A model generated the notes under the pieces. It did not search any database, was not told where the DNA came from, and saw nothing but the letters and a program-made list of their open reading frames with translations. This document shows positions 10,356 to 20,500 of a stretch of 64,000 nt of DNA, one piece after another. A program made the translations under genes and the position numbers. Each line of letters opens with the position of its first letter. The first letter of the stretch is position 1. The stretch is from Candidatus Cloacimonadota bacterium. Lineage in GTDB: Bacteria; Cloacimonadota; Cloacimonadia; JGIOTU-2. The DNA lies in assembly GCA_049903315.1 (NCBI GenBank), contig JBNGBT010000006.1, positions 64,001 to 128,000 of the forward strand, given 5' to 3'.

Positions 10356-10455
10356 AGCTTCTCCCTTCATAAAAAATTGGTCTTAGGTACTAAGACACGG
10401 AGCTAATTTCAAGTGTGTTGAAACATATGTCAACTTTTTTTGTATCAATAAAGCA

Positions 10456-11265
10456 TTATGTTTCATTGATGATATACTTATTTTTAAATCCTACGTACAA
10501 CTCTTTCTCGTATTCCGACAATTCCTGATTTTTAGAGAAAGATATTCCAAAATATTTTTTAAAATTATTCCTGAGAATATTTACAAAAGCATTGAACGAC
10601 AGAGCGTCTTTAATAATATCATTTACTGCAATAGTTTTTTTTGATAATAATTTTTTTATCGTTTCTTTTTCTTTATCAGTTTTAGTTGGTATGAGTTCTG
10701 CCATTAACTCCTGATTGTGATTAAGTAAGATCGAACCATGCTGAAGCAGGGCATTTCCTTTACGGATCTGCGCACTTCCGATTATTTTTTTACCTTTATA
10801 ATTTATTTCATATTTGGATGCGCTCGTAAAGCAGGGATTCACCCACGTTCTTTGCTCTTTTTCAGTTGGCATACTGTTCTGCATTGTTGCATCGATGCCG
10901 ATCTCATGAAGTGTGGCAAGTAGAACTTCTCCAATCTTTTGATACGATTCCAAAACAGAACCCGCAAGGATACCATCAGTTCTTGAAATAACTGCATAGG
11001 TAACTTCGTCATAATGAAGCACAGCTCTCCCACCTGTTGGCCTGCGCACTAGCCCAAAGCCAAACTCTTTCACTTTATCTGATAAAATATGCTCGTTTAT
11101 TTTTTGATGATATCCAAAAGAAACGGTTGGTGGATTCCAATCATACACACGAATTGCTGGTGGGGTATTTTGATTGATAATTCCGAATAAGATTGCTTCA
11201 TCCATTGCCATGTTTTCAAATGGCTTAAGTTTTCCGGAATTAATAAAACGCCAGGTTTCTTTCAC
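10456..11265 (-). CDS. Lipoate-protein ligase / octanoyltransferase (LplA/LipM family)
   Basis: NMAMDEA, RRPTGGRAVLH, KIIGSAQ and LQHGS motifs. Confidence 0.85.
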   Translation of the reverse strand: MKETWRFINSGKLKPFENMAMDEAILFGIINQNTPPAIRVYDWNPPTVSFGYHQKINEHILSDKVKEFGFGLVRRPTGGRAVLHYDEVTYAVISRTDGILAGSVLESYQKIGEVLLATLHEIGIDATMQNSMPTEKEQRTWVNPCFTSASKYEINYKGKKIIGSAQIRKGNALLQHGSILLNHNQELMAELIPTKTDKEKETIKKLLSKKTIAVNDIIKDALSFNAFVNILRNNFKKYFGISFSKNQELSEYEKELYVGFKNKYIINET

Positions 11266-12284
11266 TATTTAAGAATTACTTTCTCTTTACCTTTAATAAT
11301 AGTACCGATCACCCGAGCACTAGTTTGTTCAAGAATTGAAATCACGTCTGATTCATTCACCACAGCGATCATGCCGATTCCCATATTGAAAGCACGATAC
11401 ATCTCGTCTTCATCAACATGACCTCCATGCTGAAGGAAATTAAAAAGAGGTGGAACTTCCCATGATTCTTTTGTAATAATTGCAGTCATACCTTCAGGAA
11501 TAATCCGTTTAAGATTTCCCGGAATACCTCCGCCCGTGATATGGGCAAGCCCTTTGATAAGATGCCGGTCAATAAAAGGTTTTAGGATAGGATAATACGA
11601 TTTATGCACTGCAAGAAGTTCTTCTGCAATAGTTTTACCCAATTCATTAATATAAGAATCCGTTTTGAGTTTGAGTATATCAAATACAATTTTTCGAGCT
11701 AACGTATATCCATTTGTATGAAGACCTGTCGAAGAAAAACCGAGAAGCACATCACCTTGAGTAATAGTTTTACCGGAGATCGTACATTCCTCATCAACAC
11801 AGCCGACAATGGTGCCGACAAGGTCAAAATCATCCGCATGATAAAGAGAAGGTATTTCTGCAAGTTCTCCGCCTATGAGTGCACAGTCATTTTGCCTGCA
11901 CGCAAGAGCAATCCCCTTTATAATTTCTTCTATATGCTGAGGTAGTACTTTACCTATTCCAATATAATCAAGAAAAAAAAGCGGATAAGCCCCCTGTGTG
12001 AGGATATCATTCACACAATGATTTACAATATCCTGCCCGACTGTATCCCATTTTTGTGCCAGATTTGCAACCTGCACTTTTGAGCCCACACTGTCCGTAC
12101 TTGATACCAGGATTGGCTGTTTCCATTTTGACAGATCGAGTTTGAAGAGCGCGCCAAAGGAACCGATGTCAGTGATAACATTTTTTGAGAAGGTACTTTT
12201 TGCAAGTGGTTTTATCAAACCAACAGCTTTTTCCCCCGCGTTGATGTCTACACCTGCCTTCTTATAATCCATTTTATCTTTCAT
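11265..12284 (-). CDS. purM: Phosphoribosylformylglycinamidine cyclo-ligase (AIR synthetase)
   Basis: YKKAGVDI, STDSVGSK, GLHTNGY, HITGGG, FNMGIG. Confidence 0.95.
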   Translation of the reverse strand: MKDKMDYKKAGVDINAGEKAVGLIKPLAKSTFSKNVITDIGSFGALFKLDLSKWKQPILVSSTDSVGSKVQVANLAQKWDTVGQDIVNHCVNDILTQGAYPLFFLDYIGIGKVLPQHIEEIIKGIALACRQNDCALIGGELAEIPSLYHADDFDLVGTIVGCVDEECTISGKTITQGDVLLGFSSTGLHTNGYTLARKIVFDILKLKTDSYINELGKTIAEELLAVHKSYYPILKPFIDRHLIKGLAHITGGGIPGNLKRIIPEGMTAIITKESWEVPPLFNFLQHGGHVDEDEMYRAFNMGIGMIAVVNESDVISILEQTSARVIGTIIKGKEKVILK

Positions 12285-12286
12285 TA

Positions 12287-13186
12287 TTAAAACTGGGTGT
12301 ATTTTTTTAGTTTGTTAAAGCGTAATTCTATTTTTTCTTTTGAAAGCTTTGTAAGGGCATCTAGACTGAACCCTTCAACATTAAAAGCGGAGGTGATCGT
12401 TCCCATGATGGCTGCCTGTTTCAGAGTCTTATTATTGAGTGTTTTGCAAGATGCAACATAACCCATGAAACCACCAGAGAAGCAATCTCCTGCACCTGTC
12501 GTATCCAGCACCTTTTTCAGCGGATAGCCTGGAGCAAAGAAATAGAAATCCTTTTTTACGACCATCACACCATGCTCTCCCTTTTTGACGACGACGATCT
12601 TGGGTCCGTAAGTGAGTATTTTTTGTGAGGCATCGTACAAATAATGCTCCTGTGTGAGTAAACGAATTTCTTCATCATTAATAAAGAGAATATCAATATG
12701 CTTAAGCATTTCCATCAATGCATCAAGCTTTTTAATGATCCAATAGTTCATTGTATCAGCAGCAATGATTTTTGGCTTTCGCATCTGAGAAATAACATTG
12801 AATTGTATTTCAGGATCGATATTGCCAAGTAATACAAATGGAGAATCACGCAGTTCTTCGGGTATGGTTGGATTGAATTTCTCAAAGACATTTAAGTGGG
12901 TTTCCAGCGTAATTGCCTGATTGAGGTTTTTATACCGTCCTCTCCAACGAAACGTTTGCCCATCTGCAAAACGTAAAGCTGATGTATTCACTCCGTGTTT
13001 TTCCAGGAGTTCTACATGTTGTTTGGGGAAATCCTCTCCCACTACACCGACAATGGAAACATTATCATACAGAAAGCTTGCAGAAACCGATGCATATATT
13101 GCAGAACCACCCAGCACATCATGAACCTTTCCATGATGATTTTCAATGCTGTCAAGAGCTATAGAACCAACGACAAGCAAACTCAT
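12287..13186 (-). CDS. PfkB-family carbohydrate/nucleoside kinase
   Basis: LGGSA N-terminal motif and DTTGAGDCFSGG signature. Confidence 0.85.
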   Translation of the reverse strand: MSLLVVGSIALDSIENHHGKVHDVLGGSAIYASVSASFLYDNVSIVGVVGEDFPKQHVELLEKHGVNTSALRFADGQTFRWRGRYKNLNQAITLETHLNVFEKFNPTIPEELRDSPFVLLGNIDPEIQFNVISQMRKPKIIAADTMNYWIIKKLDALMEMLKHIDILFINDEEIRLLTQEHYLYDASQKILTYGPKIVVVKKGEHGVMVVKKDFYFFAPGYPLKKVLDTTGAGDCFSGGFMGYVASCKTLNNKTLKQAAIMGTITSAFNVEGFSLDALTKLSKEKIELRFNKLKKYTQF

Positions 13187-13404
13187 TATTCTGTATCACT
13201 TTCTTCAATTATCACAGTGGCAGGTTTGTTTCTATCATGAAGAATGTAATCCCAGAACTTCGAAACGCCGCCAGTAGAAAAAAAACGAACAAGCAGGACA
13301 AGCAAAATTAACAATATGATTCTAATAATGAGTTTCCATATCGAGGTGATGTCCTTATTTCGGTAATATCTCCGTTTTTTCCATTCGTCAGTGAAAAAAG
13401 ACAT
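13186..13404 (-). CDS. Small single-TM hypothetical protein
   Basis: Fills the operon gap exactly, abutting both neighbours; basic N-terminus then a hydrophobic helix. Confidence 0.6.
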   Translation of the reverse strand: MSFFTDEWKKRRYYRNKDITSIWKLIIRIILLILLVLLVRFFSTGGVSKFWDYILHDRNKPATVIIEESDTE

Positions 13405-13405
13405 G

Positions 13406-14605
13406 TTATATAATATTTTTCAATCCCTTGGCAAAGCGCTGCAATCCAACTTCAATATTCTCCATAGAATTTGCATATGAGAAACGGACATAATTATTTG
13501 CCCCAAAAGCAAGCCCGGGAACAATTGCCACGTAATATTTTTTCAGTATATAGGTACAGAGATCTGCTGAGGATGTAATGTTGATTTTATTATTTTGTAA
13601 ATAGAAGGAAATGTCCGGCATTGCATAAAAGGCACCTTTTGGAAGCATACATTTCACATTTGGGATATTATTGAGTTCTTTAACAAGGAAGTTTCTGCGT
13701 TTCTCAAACTGCTGTCGCATTTTTTCAATGCTTCCGTCATTCTCAGTTAATGCTATGACTGTTGCTTTCTGCGTCATAGAATTTACATTTGAAGTGGTAT
13801 GACTCTGAATGCGGCTTGCATATTTAATTACTTCTATAGGTCCCGCAGCATATCCAAGACGCCAACCTGTCATAGCATATGCCTTGGAAACGCCATTTAT
13901 CACAATAGTGAGTTCCTTAACTTCAGGGGAAAGCGATGCAATAGACACATGCTCTTCATCATCATAAATGAGCTTTTCATAAATTTCATCGGAAATAATA
14001 AGAATGTCATTTTTCACACAGACTTCTGCAATACCAAGCAGCTCATCTTTGGTATAGACACTTCCTGTAGGATTATTCGGCGAGTTCAGTATGAGTGCTT
14101 TCGGATTGCTGAGCGAAGAAATCGCCTCATTGAGCTGCCGGGCAGTTATCTTGAAGTTTGTGCTCATATCTGTGGGAAGCAGGATGGGATGACCGTCCAC
14201 CATTTCCACTTGTGATGTATAACTCACCCAGTAAGGAGATGGGATAAGTATTTCGTCTCGGGGATCACAGATTGCAAGGAGAATGTGTATTATCGAAGCT
14301 TTTGCGCCTGGAGAAACAAGTATCTGATCTGGTGTATACTCAAGCCCATTGTCCTTTTTGAACTTCTCTACAATAGCTTCCCGTAATTCAAGAATTCCTG
14401 CAGACGCGGTATATCGTGTGAAATTATCGTCCAGAGCTTTTTTCGCGGCGTTTTTAATATACTCTGGTGTATTGAAATCCGGTTCGCCTACCCCGAAATT
14501 TATCACATCATGACCTTCTGCCTTCATCTGTTTTGCAAGAGCAGAAACAGTCAATGTGGGGGATGGCTTGATTGCACGTGCGCGATGTGAAAGTAATGTG
14601 TTCAT
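13406..14605 (-). CDS. PLP-dependent aminotransferase class I/II (aspartate aminotransferase-like)
   Basis: GEPDF, NSPNNPTG, SDEIY, SKAYAMTGWRLGY. Confidence 0.9.
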   Translation of the reverse strand: MNTLLSHRARAIKPSPTLTVSALAKQMKAEGHDVINFGVGEPDFNTPEYIKNAAKKALDDNFTRYTASAGILELREAIVEKFKKDNGLEYTPDQILVSPGAKASIIHILLAICDPRDEILIPSPYWVSYTSQVEMVDGHPILLPTDMSTNFKITARQLNEAISSLSNPKALILNSPNNPTGSVYTKDELLGIAEVCVKNDILIISDEIYEKLIYDDEEHVSIASLSPEVKELTIVINGVSKAYAMTGWRLGYAAGPIEVIKYASRIQSHTTSNVNSMTQKATVIALTENDGSIEKMRQQFEKRRNFLVKELNNIPNVKCMLPKGAFYAMPDISFYLQNNKINITSSADLCTYILKKYYVAIVPGLAFGANNYVRFSYANSMENIEVGLQRFAKGLKNII

Positions 14606-14620
14606 TACATCTCCAGATAA

Positions 14621-16693
14621 TTATAATTCATACACTATTTTTGAAAGGTTAGCAGTTTTCATAAATGTAGAATGGATAAGGCGGAGAAGTGCCATGCGGT
14701 TTTCTCGAAGCTGTTCATCCTCTACCATGACCATCACGTTATCAAAAAAAGTATCAATATAATCTTTTAATTCAACAAGGTCGTTAAAACATGCATTATA
14801 ATTTTTTTCATCAAAATGAGCTTCATAATGAGGAATGATCTCCATAAGTTTTTTATAGAGTTGCATTTCCTCTTTTTCTTCAAAAAGTGCTTCATTTACA
14901 TGAACAATCTTTTTTGAGCTTTCCAGGATATTTGATGCCCTTTTAAATCCGATAATAAAATCCTTGAAATCTTCATGCAGCTTGAATTCCTGCAGGTTTT
15001 TTGCACGGATAAGAAGATCTGGTATATTTCGATAATCAGCTTCAATTGTTGCATTTATCACATCATAATCAATTCCCTGCTGCTCTAGGTACATGCGTAT
15101 TCTCTGTGTGAAGAATTCTATAAGGTCAGCAAAAAAATCTTCTTTAGAATTTTCATAAAGAGTTTCGCTCTGCTTCATAAATTCTTCAAGATTTAAGGGG
15201 AGGTCATGTTCTGCGAGGATGGAAATAATTCCATTTCCTGCTCTTCTTATCCCGAGAGGATCGCTTGTGCCTGTTGGCTGCAGCCCGATGGAAAAGCACC
15301 CAACAATCGTATCCATTTTATCAATAATAGATAGTATAATTCCTGTTTTTGTTTCAGGAAGAATGTCACCTTTATAGCGCGGCAGATATTGTTCAAAGAG
15401 TGCTTGAGCCACTTCAGGATCTTCGCCGTCATTCAATGCGTATTGCCAGCCCATATACCCCTGCAATTTGGTGTATTCCTTTTCTCCGAGAATAAGGGTC
15501 GTCAAATCGGATTTGCAGAGATAGGCAGCTCTTTCAATTTTATCTTTGTCATAAGTAAGCATCCCTGCGCACCATTTTCCAAGGGATTTCATTCTCTCTA
15601 TTTTATCAAATAGAGTGCCGAGATTTTTTATAAAAGTGATTTTTATCAGTTCCTCTATCCGTGCTTCAAGCGGCGTTTTTTTATCTGTATCAAAGTAAAA
15701 CTTCGCATCGCTCAATCGCGCATTAATGACCCGCTCATTACCATAAAGAACTTTGTCGATCGTGTCCGGATTGCTATTGCCGATGCCGATGAAAAAGGGC
15801 ATAATTTCATTATCTTCATTCTGCACAGAAAAGGATTTTTGTGTTTCTGCAAGAGTGGTAGTAAGTACCTTTGAGGGTAGTGATAAATATGATGTGTCAA
15901 ATGTTCCCATGATTGGAGATGGAAATTCAACGAGGTCAGTAACCACCTCAAGCAGCTCATTGTTCTCGACAGGAATTCCGCCAACTTTGCGTGCAGTGAT
16001 TCCAATTTCCTTCTCGATAAATTCTTTTCTTTCTTCTCTATCTGCAATAACAAAATGCTGTTTTAATAAAGGAACATATTTATTAATATAATATAAACTA
16101 ATTAAATTATGTAACTTTTCAAACCTGTTTCCTAGAGAGAATCTGTCGCTTTTTATTCCACCGATCTCGAGCTCGAGAAGTTCATCATTATACAATGCAA
16201 GCAACCAGCGTATGGGACGTGCAAAGAGAAGTGTGCCGTTTCCCCAGTGCATTTTTTTGGGGAAAGGGATTTTTGGAATGACATCCACAGAAATAGCGCT
16301 GAGTATTTCTTCAGTTGGTTTTCCTTTTATGTGTTTTATGACACTAAGATATTCACCCTTAGGAAGTTCTTTAATAATAATGTATTTCTCTTCGAGATTT
16401 TGTTTCTTAAGAAATCCCTGTCCCACTTTATTAAGATTGCCATCCTCATCATAAGCAATGCGTGCAGGAGGTCCCACGATCTCTTCAGAAGAATCAGTTT
16501 GTGAATGGGGAAGTCCGGTTATCGTTATGCACAATCTGCGCGGAGTAGAATAGTATTTTATCTCATCAAAATTAAGGTGTGCTTCGGTCAGTTTTGAGGA
16601 AAAATATTCCTGTAAAAATGTAATCGCAGGTTGGATGTAAGAAGCGGGTAATTCTTCAGTGCCAATTTCATAGAGATAGGAATTATTTTTCAT
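14621..16693 (-). CDS. glyS: Glycine--tRNA ligase beta subunit
   Basis: EIGTEELP, TPRR, FARPIRW, GNERVINARLSDAKF, DPLGIRR, RENRMALL. Confidence 0.93.
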   Translation of the reverse strand: MKNNSYLYEIGTEELPASYIQPAITFLQEYFSSKLTEAHLNFDEIKYYSTPRRLCITITGLPHSQTDSSEEIVGPPARIAYDEDGNLNKVGQGFLKKQNLEEKYIIIKELPKGEYLSVIKHIKGKPTEEILSAISVDVIPKIPFPKKMHWGNGTLLFARPIRWLLALYNDELLELEIGGIKSDRFSLGNRFEKLHNLISLYYINKYVPLLKQHFVIADREERKEFIEKEIGITARKVGGIPVENNELLEVVTDLVEFPSPIMGTFDTSYLSLPSKVLTTTLAETQKSFSVQNEDNEIMPFFIGIGNSNPDTIDKVLYGNERVINARLSDAKFYFDTDKKTPLEARIEELIKITFIKNLGTLFDKIERMKSLGKWCAGMLTYDKDKIERAAYLCKSDLTTLILGEKEYTKLQGYMGWQYALNDGEDPEVAQALFEQYLPRYKGDILPETKTGIILSIIDKMDTIVGCFSIGLQPTGTSDPLGIRRAGNGIISILAEHDLPLNLEEFMKQSETLYENSKEDFFADLIEFFTQRIRMYLEQQGIDYDVINATIEADYRNIPDLLIRAKNLQEFKLHEDFKDFIIGFKRASNILESSKKIVHVNEALFEEKEEMQLYKKLMEIIPHYEAHFDEKNYNACFNDLVELKDYIDTFFDNVMVMVEDEQLRENRMALLRLIHSTFMKTANLSKIVYEL

Positions 16694-16761
16694 GTTGAGG
16701 GGGAAATTTCCCGATGGGGTAAAGCGTGTCAAGATTTTGGGTGTGCTGATTTATTTTGCTT

Positions 16762-17202
16762 CTATTCTCTCTCCAGCAGGAATGTCGCGGGTCCGAAGTT
16801 TAAAAGGTCGATTTCCATGAGCGCACCGAATTTCCCAAGTTTTGTTGGAACTCCAAGCGCATTGAGGGATGTCCCAAAATACTCATATAATGCTTCAGCT
16901 TTTTCTGGAGGAGCTGAATCGGAGAATCCAGGACGGTTTCCTTTATTTGTGTCTGCATACAAGGTGAATTGCGAGATCAGCAGCACTTCTCCACCGATAT
17001 CTTTTACGCTGAGATTCATCTTGCCTTCTTCATCTTCGAAGATGCGGAGGTTCGCTGTTTTTTTTGCAAGGTAATCTGTATGAGCTTTGGTATCATTGTG
17101 CCCGACTCCCAGAAAAATGAGCAGTCCCTTTCCTGTTTTCGAGATAAGAGTACCGTCCACAGAAACAGAAGCACGGTTCACACGCTGAATAAGCAGCCGC
17201 AT
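16762..17202 (-). CDS. dtd: D-aminoacyl-tRNA deacylase
   Basis: MRLLIQRV, SQFTL, GNRPGF, NFGPATF; GGAGG RBS before ATG 17202. Confidence 0.93.
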   Translation of the reverse strand: MRLLIQRVNRASVSVDGTLISKTGKGLLIFLGVGHNDTKAHTDYLAKKTANLRIFEDEEGKMNLSVKDIGGEVLLISQFTLYADTNKGNRPGFSDSAPPEKAEALYEYFGTSLNALGVPTKLGKFGALMEIDLLNFGPATFLLERE

Positions 17203-17520
17203 AGCACCTCCCGAAATTTGATGTGAGTAGACTATTCTTGATCGAAGTTTTGTCAACAATCATCAATTTCTTGACGTGAAAAATCAATATACTCATACAA
17301 GAACTTCCTATGAAAAAGAGCAAAAGCAGCATATTTGAACTGAATAAAACATTGACTGTGAAGGGCATGGGTTTACATTTTGGCAATCAAAAGAGGAAGA
17401 CAGCCTATATACTTTGATACTATCGAATTTTCGCTCATGAAGAGCACGCCGCCAAATGACGGTATAAAACTGTAAATAATTGAATAATTATGTATAAGGA
17501 TAGTAAAAAGTTTAATAGGT

Positions 17521-20500
17521 ATGAAGGCTAAATCTGTTTTCTTTATTGGCACCCTGTTTTTTGTTGCAGCAGGTTACACATTTCTGCAGCATAATACAAT
17601 ACAGGCAGAAACCATAATCCAAAAAGGTGAGGAAAAGTCACACGAGAAAACAATTGAAGTCACAGACAGCACTGGAAAAACACAAAAAGACACACTCCTC
17701 ATTGCCGCAGATACTCTCTTTATTGAAAAGCCGGAACTCGGTATTGTAGATACAATTTCCTATGCTGATACATTAAATTTAACAAAAGAGCACGGAAAAC
17801 AACAAGATTCCGTTGAAGTCGTTCCCAAGAAAATTACTTATACACATCGCGTGTCATCTTTTCCCAGTTTGTTTCATCATACTATTTCCATGCCCCTTAT
17901 GGCTAAGAAGGACTCTGCTGAGGTTTTAGAATACTTAAAGAAAGAAGCATTTCCACAAAAGAAGTTCAGTAGATACTTTATAAATTCACAGCTCTATGAA
18001 CACACAGATGAATTTGATATAAGAAAGCGAAGGGTGCTTATAAAAAGTTCATTTGGGGGAGCTCGTGTTCATGCACCTTTTGCACTTGGTTTAGAAAACT
18101 ATGTGAACATGCGGTTCCGCGAGCAGCTTTATGAATATTTGTATGATGATATCGAGCAGGCGGAGCAGCTTCGTGTTCAGAACAGGCAGGCACAGGGAAT
18201 TATTCCTGATATTGAATTCCCAAAGATTAAAATGCCCAAAGCAATGCGCCGATTCTTTGGAGATAATATCGGGCGGCTTAAGGTGACCGGTTCTCAAAAA
18301 ATTACAATCGGCGGCTCGTCAACAAAGCGCAAGCCGGAAACTGCAACTGAAAGTTCAAATAAAGGATTTTTTCCTGACCTGAAAATGGAACAAAAGCTAA
18401 ACCTCGGCATCAGCGGAACGATCGGGAAAAAGATAAAGGTAGATGTCAGGCAGACCTCGGATGAATCCATTTTTGAGAAAAATAAGATAAGCATCAAGTA
18501 TGTTGGTGATGAAGACGATCCCATCAAGCTGATCGAAGCGGGTGATACACGGCTCTCGCTTTCTGGCTCTCAATTTATCAGTTACTCAGCTTCTTCGGAA
18601 AACCTATTCGGTATCAAGGGCGAATTTGAATTTGGTAAACTCAAGCTCACTACTATAGTCAGCCAGCAGGAAGGGCAGCAGGCATCTGCGTCAGCCACAG
18701 GGAATGCGGTTGAGCAGGAAACAGAATACATGGATAAGAACTTTGTCCGCAATAAATATTTCCTGTTCAATGAACCGGATAGTTTATTTGTAGGTCCCGA
18801 CAATCTCCCTGTAAATCCTGATACACTCCCAATGACAAAATGGAGTTATCTTACTCAAAAAGTGCCAAAAGATGCATCGGTCAGAATATTCATTGATGAT
18901 GGACGCGTAGATCCAAATGATGTAACGGGTTATGATCTTGATGGAAATGAATATAAGTTCTATGAACTCACAGATCCAATAAATGATTTTTTGATAGATT
19001 ATTTAAACTCACCATATATGATTGAATTTGGTGTGGGGATTTCGAATAATTATGCTATTGGTGTTATCTATGAAGAGCGTTCTGGTAAAAAATGGGGAAG
19101 CTGGCCTCAGGGTGGAACTCTTGAAGTAAAAATGATCAAGAAGAACTATAATGTTACCGCCGAGGATTTACCAGAAGCAAAATGGGGATATCAGATCAAG
19201 AATATCTACAGTCTTGGCGGTCAGAATATCGATCCCAAGGGATTTGAAATGAAAATCTATTACTATCCTCCGGGATCTGGAGGTGAAGCAGTATATGGAA
19301 TTATCGATTCCAACAATGTGCTGCATAAATTCGTTGATATTCTCAATCTTGATACCAACGGAGACGGCATTGTAAACGCAAATGATGAAACAGTTGATCT
19401 GGAAAAGGGCATTGCTCAATTTCGTATGTGGGAACCTTTCCAGCCGCACTGGTTCTCAGATTACAGCAGTACTCTCGGTAATCCAATGGTCTATAATGAG
19501 CTCAATCCCGATCCCACGGAAGATGATTATAATCCTTTCTATCTGGGTGTTAAATCAAATAAGGTTGGCAGCACGATCAACCTGGGGCATATCAATATCA
19601 TAGAAGGAAGTGAGAAGGTCTATGTCGATGGAGTACTCCTGAAAAAGGGAATCGATTATGAGATTGATTATTTCAGCGGGACAGTACGACTCAAGGGTGA
19701 TGCCGCAAGCGACCCTAACGCTGATGTAAAAGTGGATTTTGAATACCAGCCCTTTTTCAATATAGATAAAAAAAGTATGTTTGGTATTCGTGCAGATTAT
19801 GAATTTAATAAAAACGCTAAAGTTGGTGCAACTTTTATGTATGAGGGAGGTTCCACAGGCAATAAACACGTGAAGGTGGGGGGTGAACCCACAAAGATAT
19901 TTATCGGTGATATTGATGGGTCTGTACGAGCAGATCTCCCCTTTGTAACCGATCTGGTTGATATGATACCCCTTGTGAGAACCAATGAAAAATCCTCCGT
20001 TTCTCTTTCCGGTGAAGTGGCAATGAATATTCCCAATCCAAATGCGACCGATAACGGCGAAGCTTATATCGATGATATGGAAGCCATTAATGAAATTTTG
20101 TCAGTCGGCATCAGCCGTACAGAATATGATTTTGCAAGTCATCCTATCGGAATTGATTCTCTTATGGCAGATACACTTGTTACACGCATTACCCGGGGAA
20201 ATTTCAACTGGTATAATCCTCACAATGAATTCCAAAAAAAGGATATCTATCCGGATCTTCCAACTGACGAAGGAAGAGAGTATGTCTCCGTGCTGGAATG
20301 TAAGTTAGAGCCCATTTCACTCTTTCCGAACTGGGGTGGTATCATGAAAAGTTTCGGTACTACCGCAGAGGATTTCAAAAAGAAACGCTATCTTGAACTC
20401 ACTATAAAAGCTGATGACGCTGAACTGGGCGATACACTTTTTATTGATTTTGGAACCATGACGGAAGATTATTATCCGATTCTCAAACCCAATGGTGTTC

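Noticed and set aside
10371..10455. Sigma70 promoter or riboswitch ahead of the TBDR operon
   Set aside because: TTGACA is present (10433-10428) but there is no convincing -10 at proper spacing and no cobalamin/TPP riboswitch motif.
16733..16761. T-box or riboswitch upstream of glyS
   Set aside because: The intergenic space is far too short and has no T-box motif.
17093..17386. 97-aa ORF in the dtd-sprA gap
   Set aside because: Overlaps dtd out of frame and the divergent promoter region; no coding signal.
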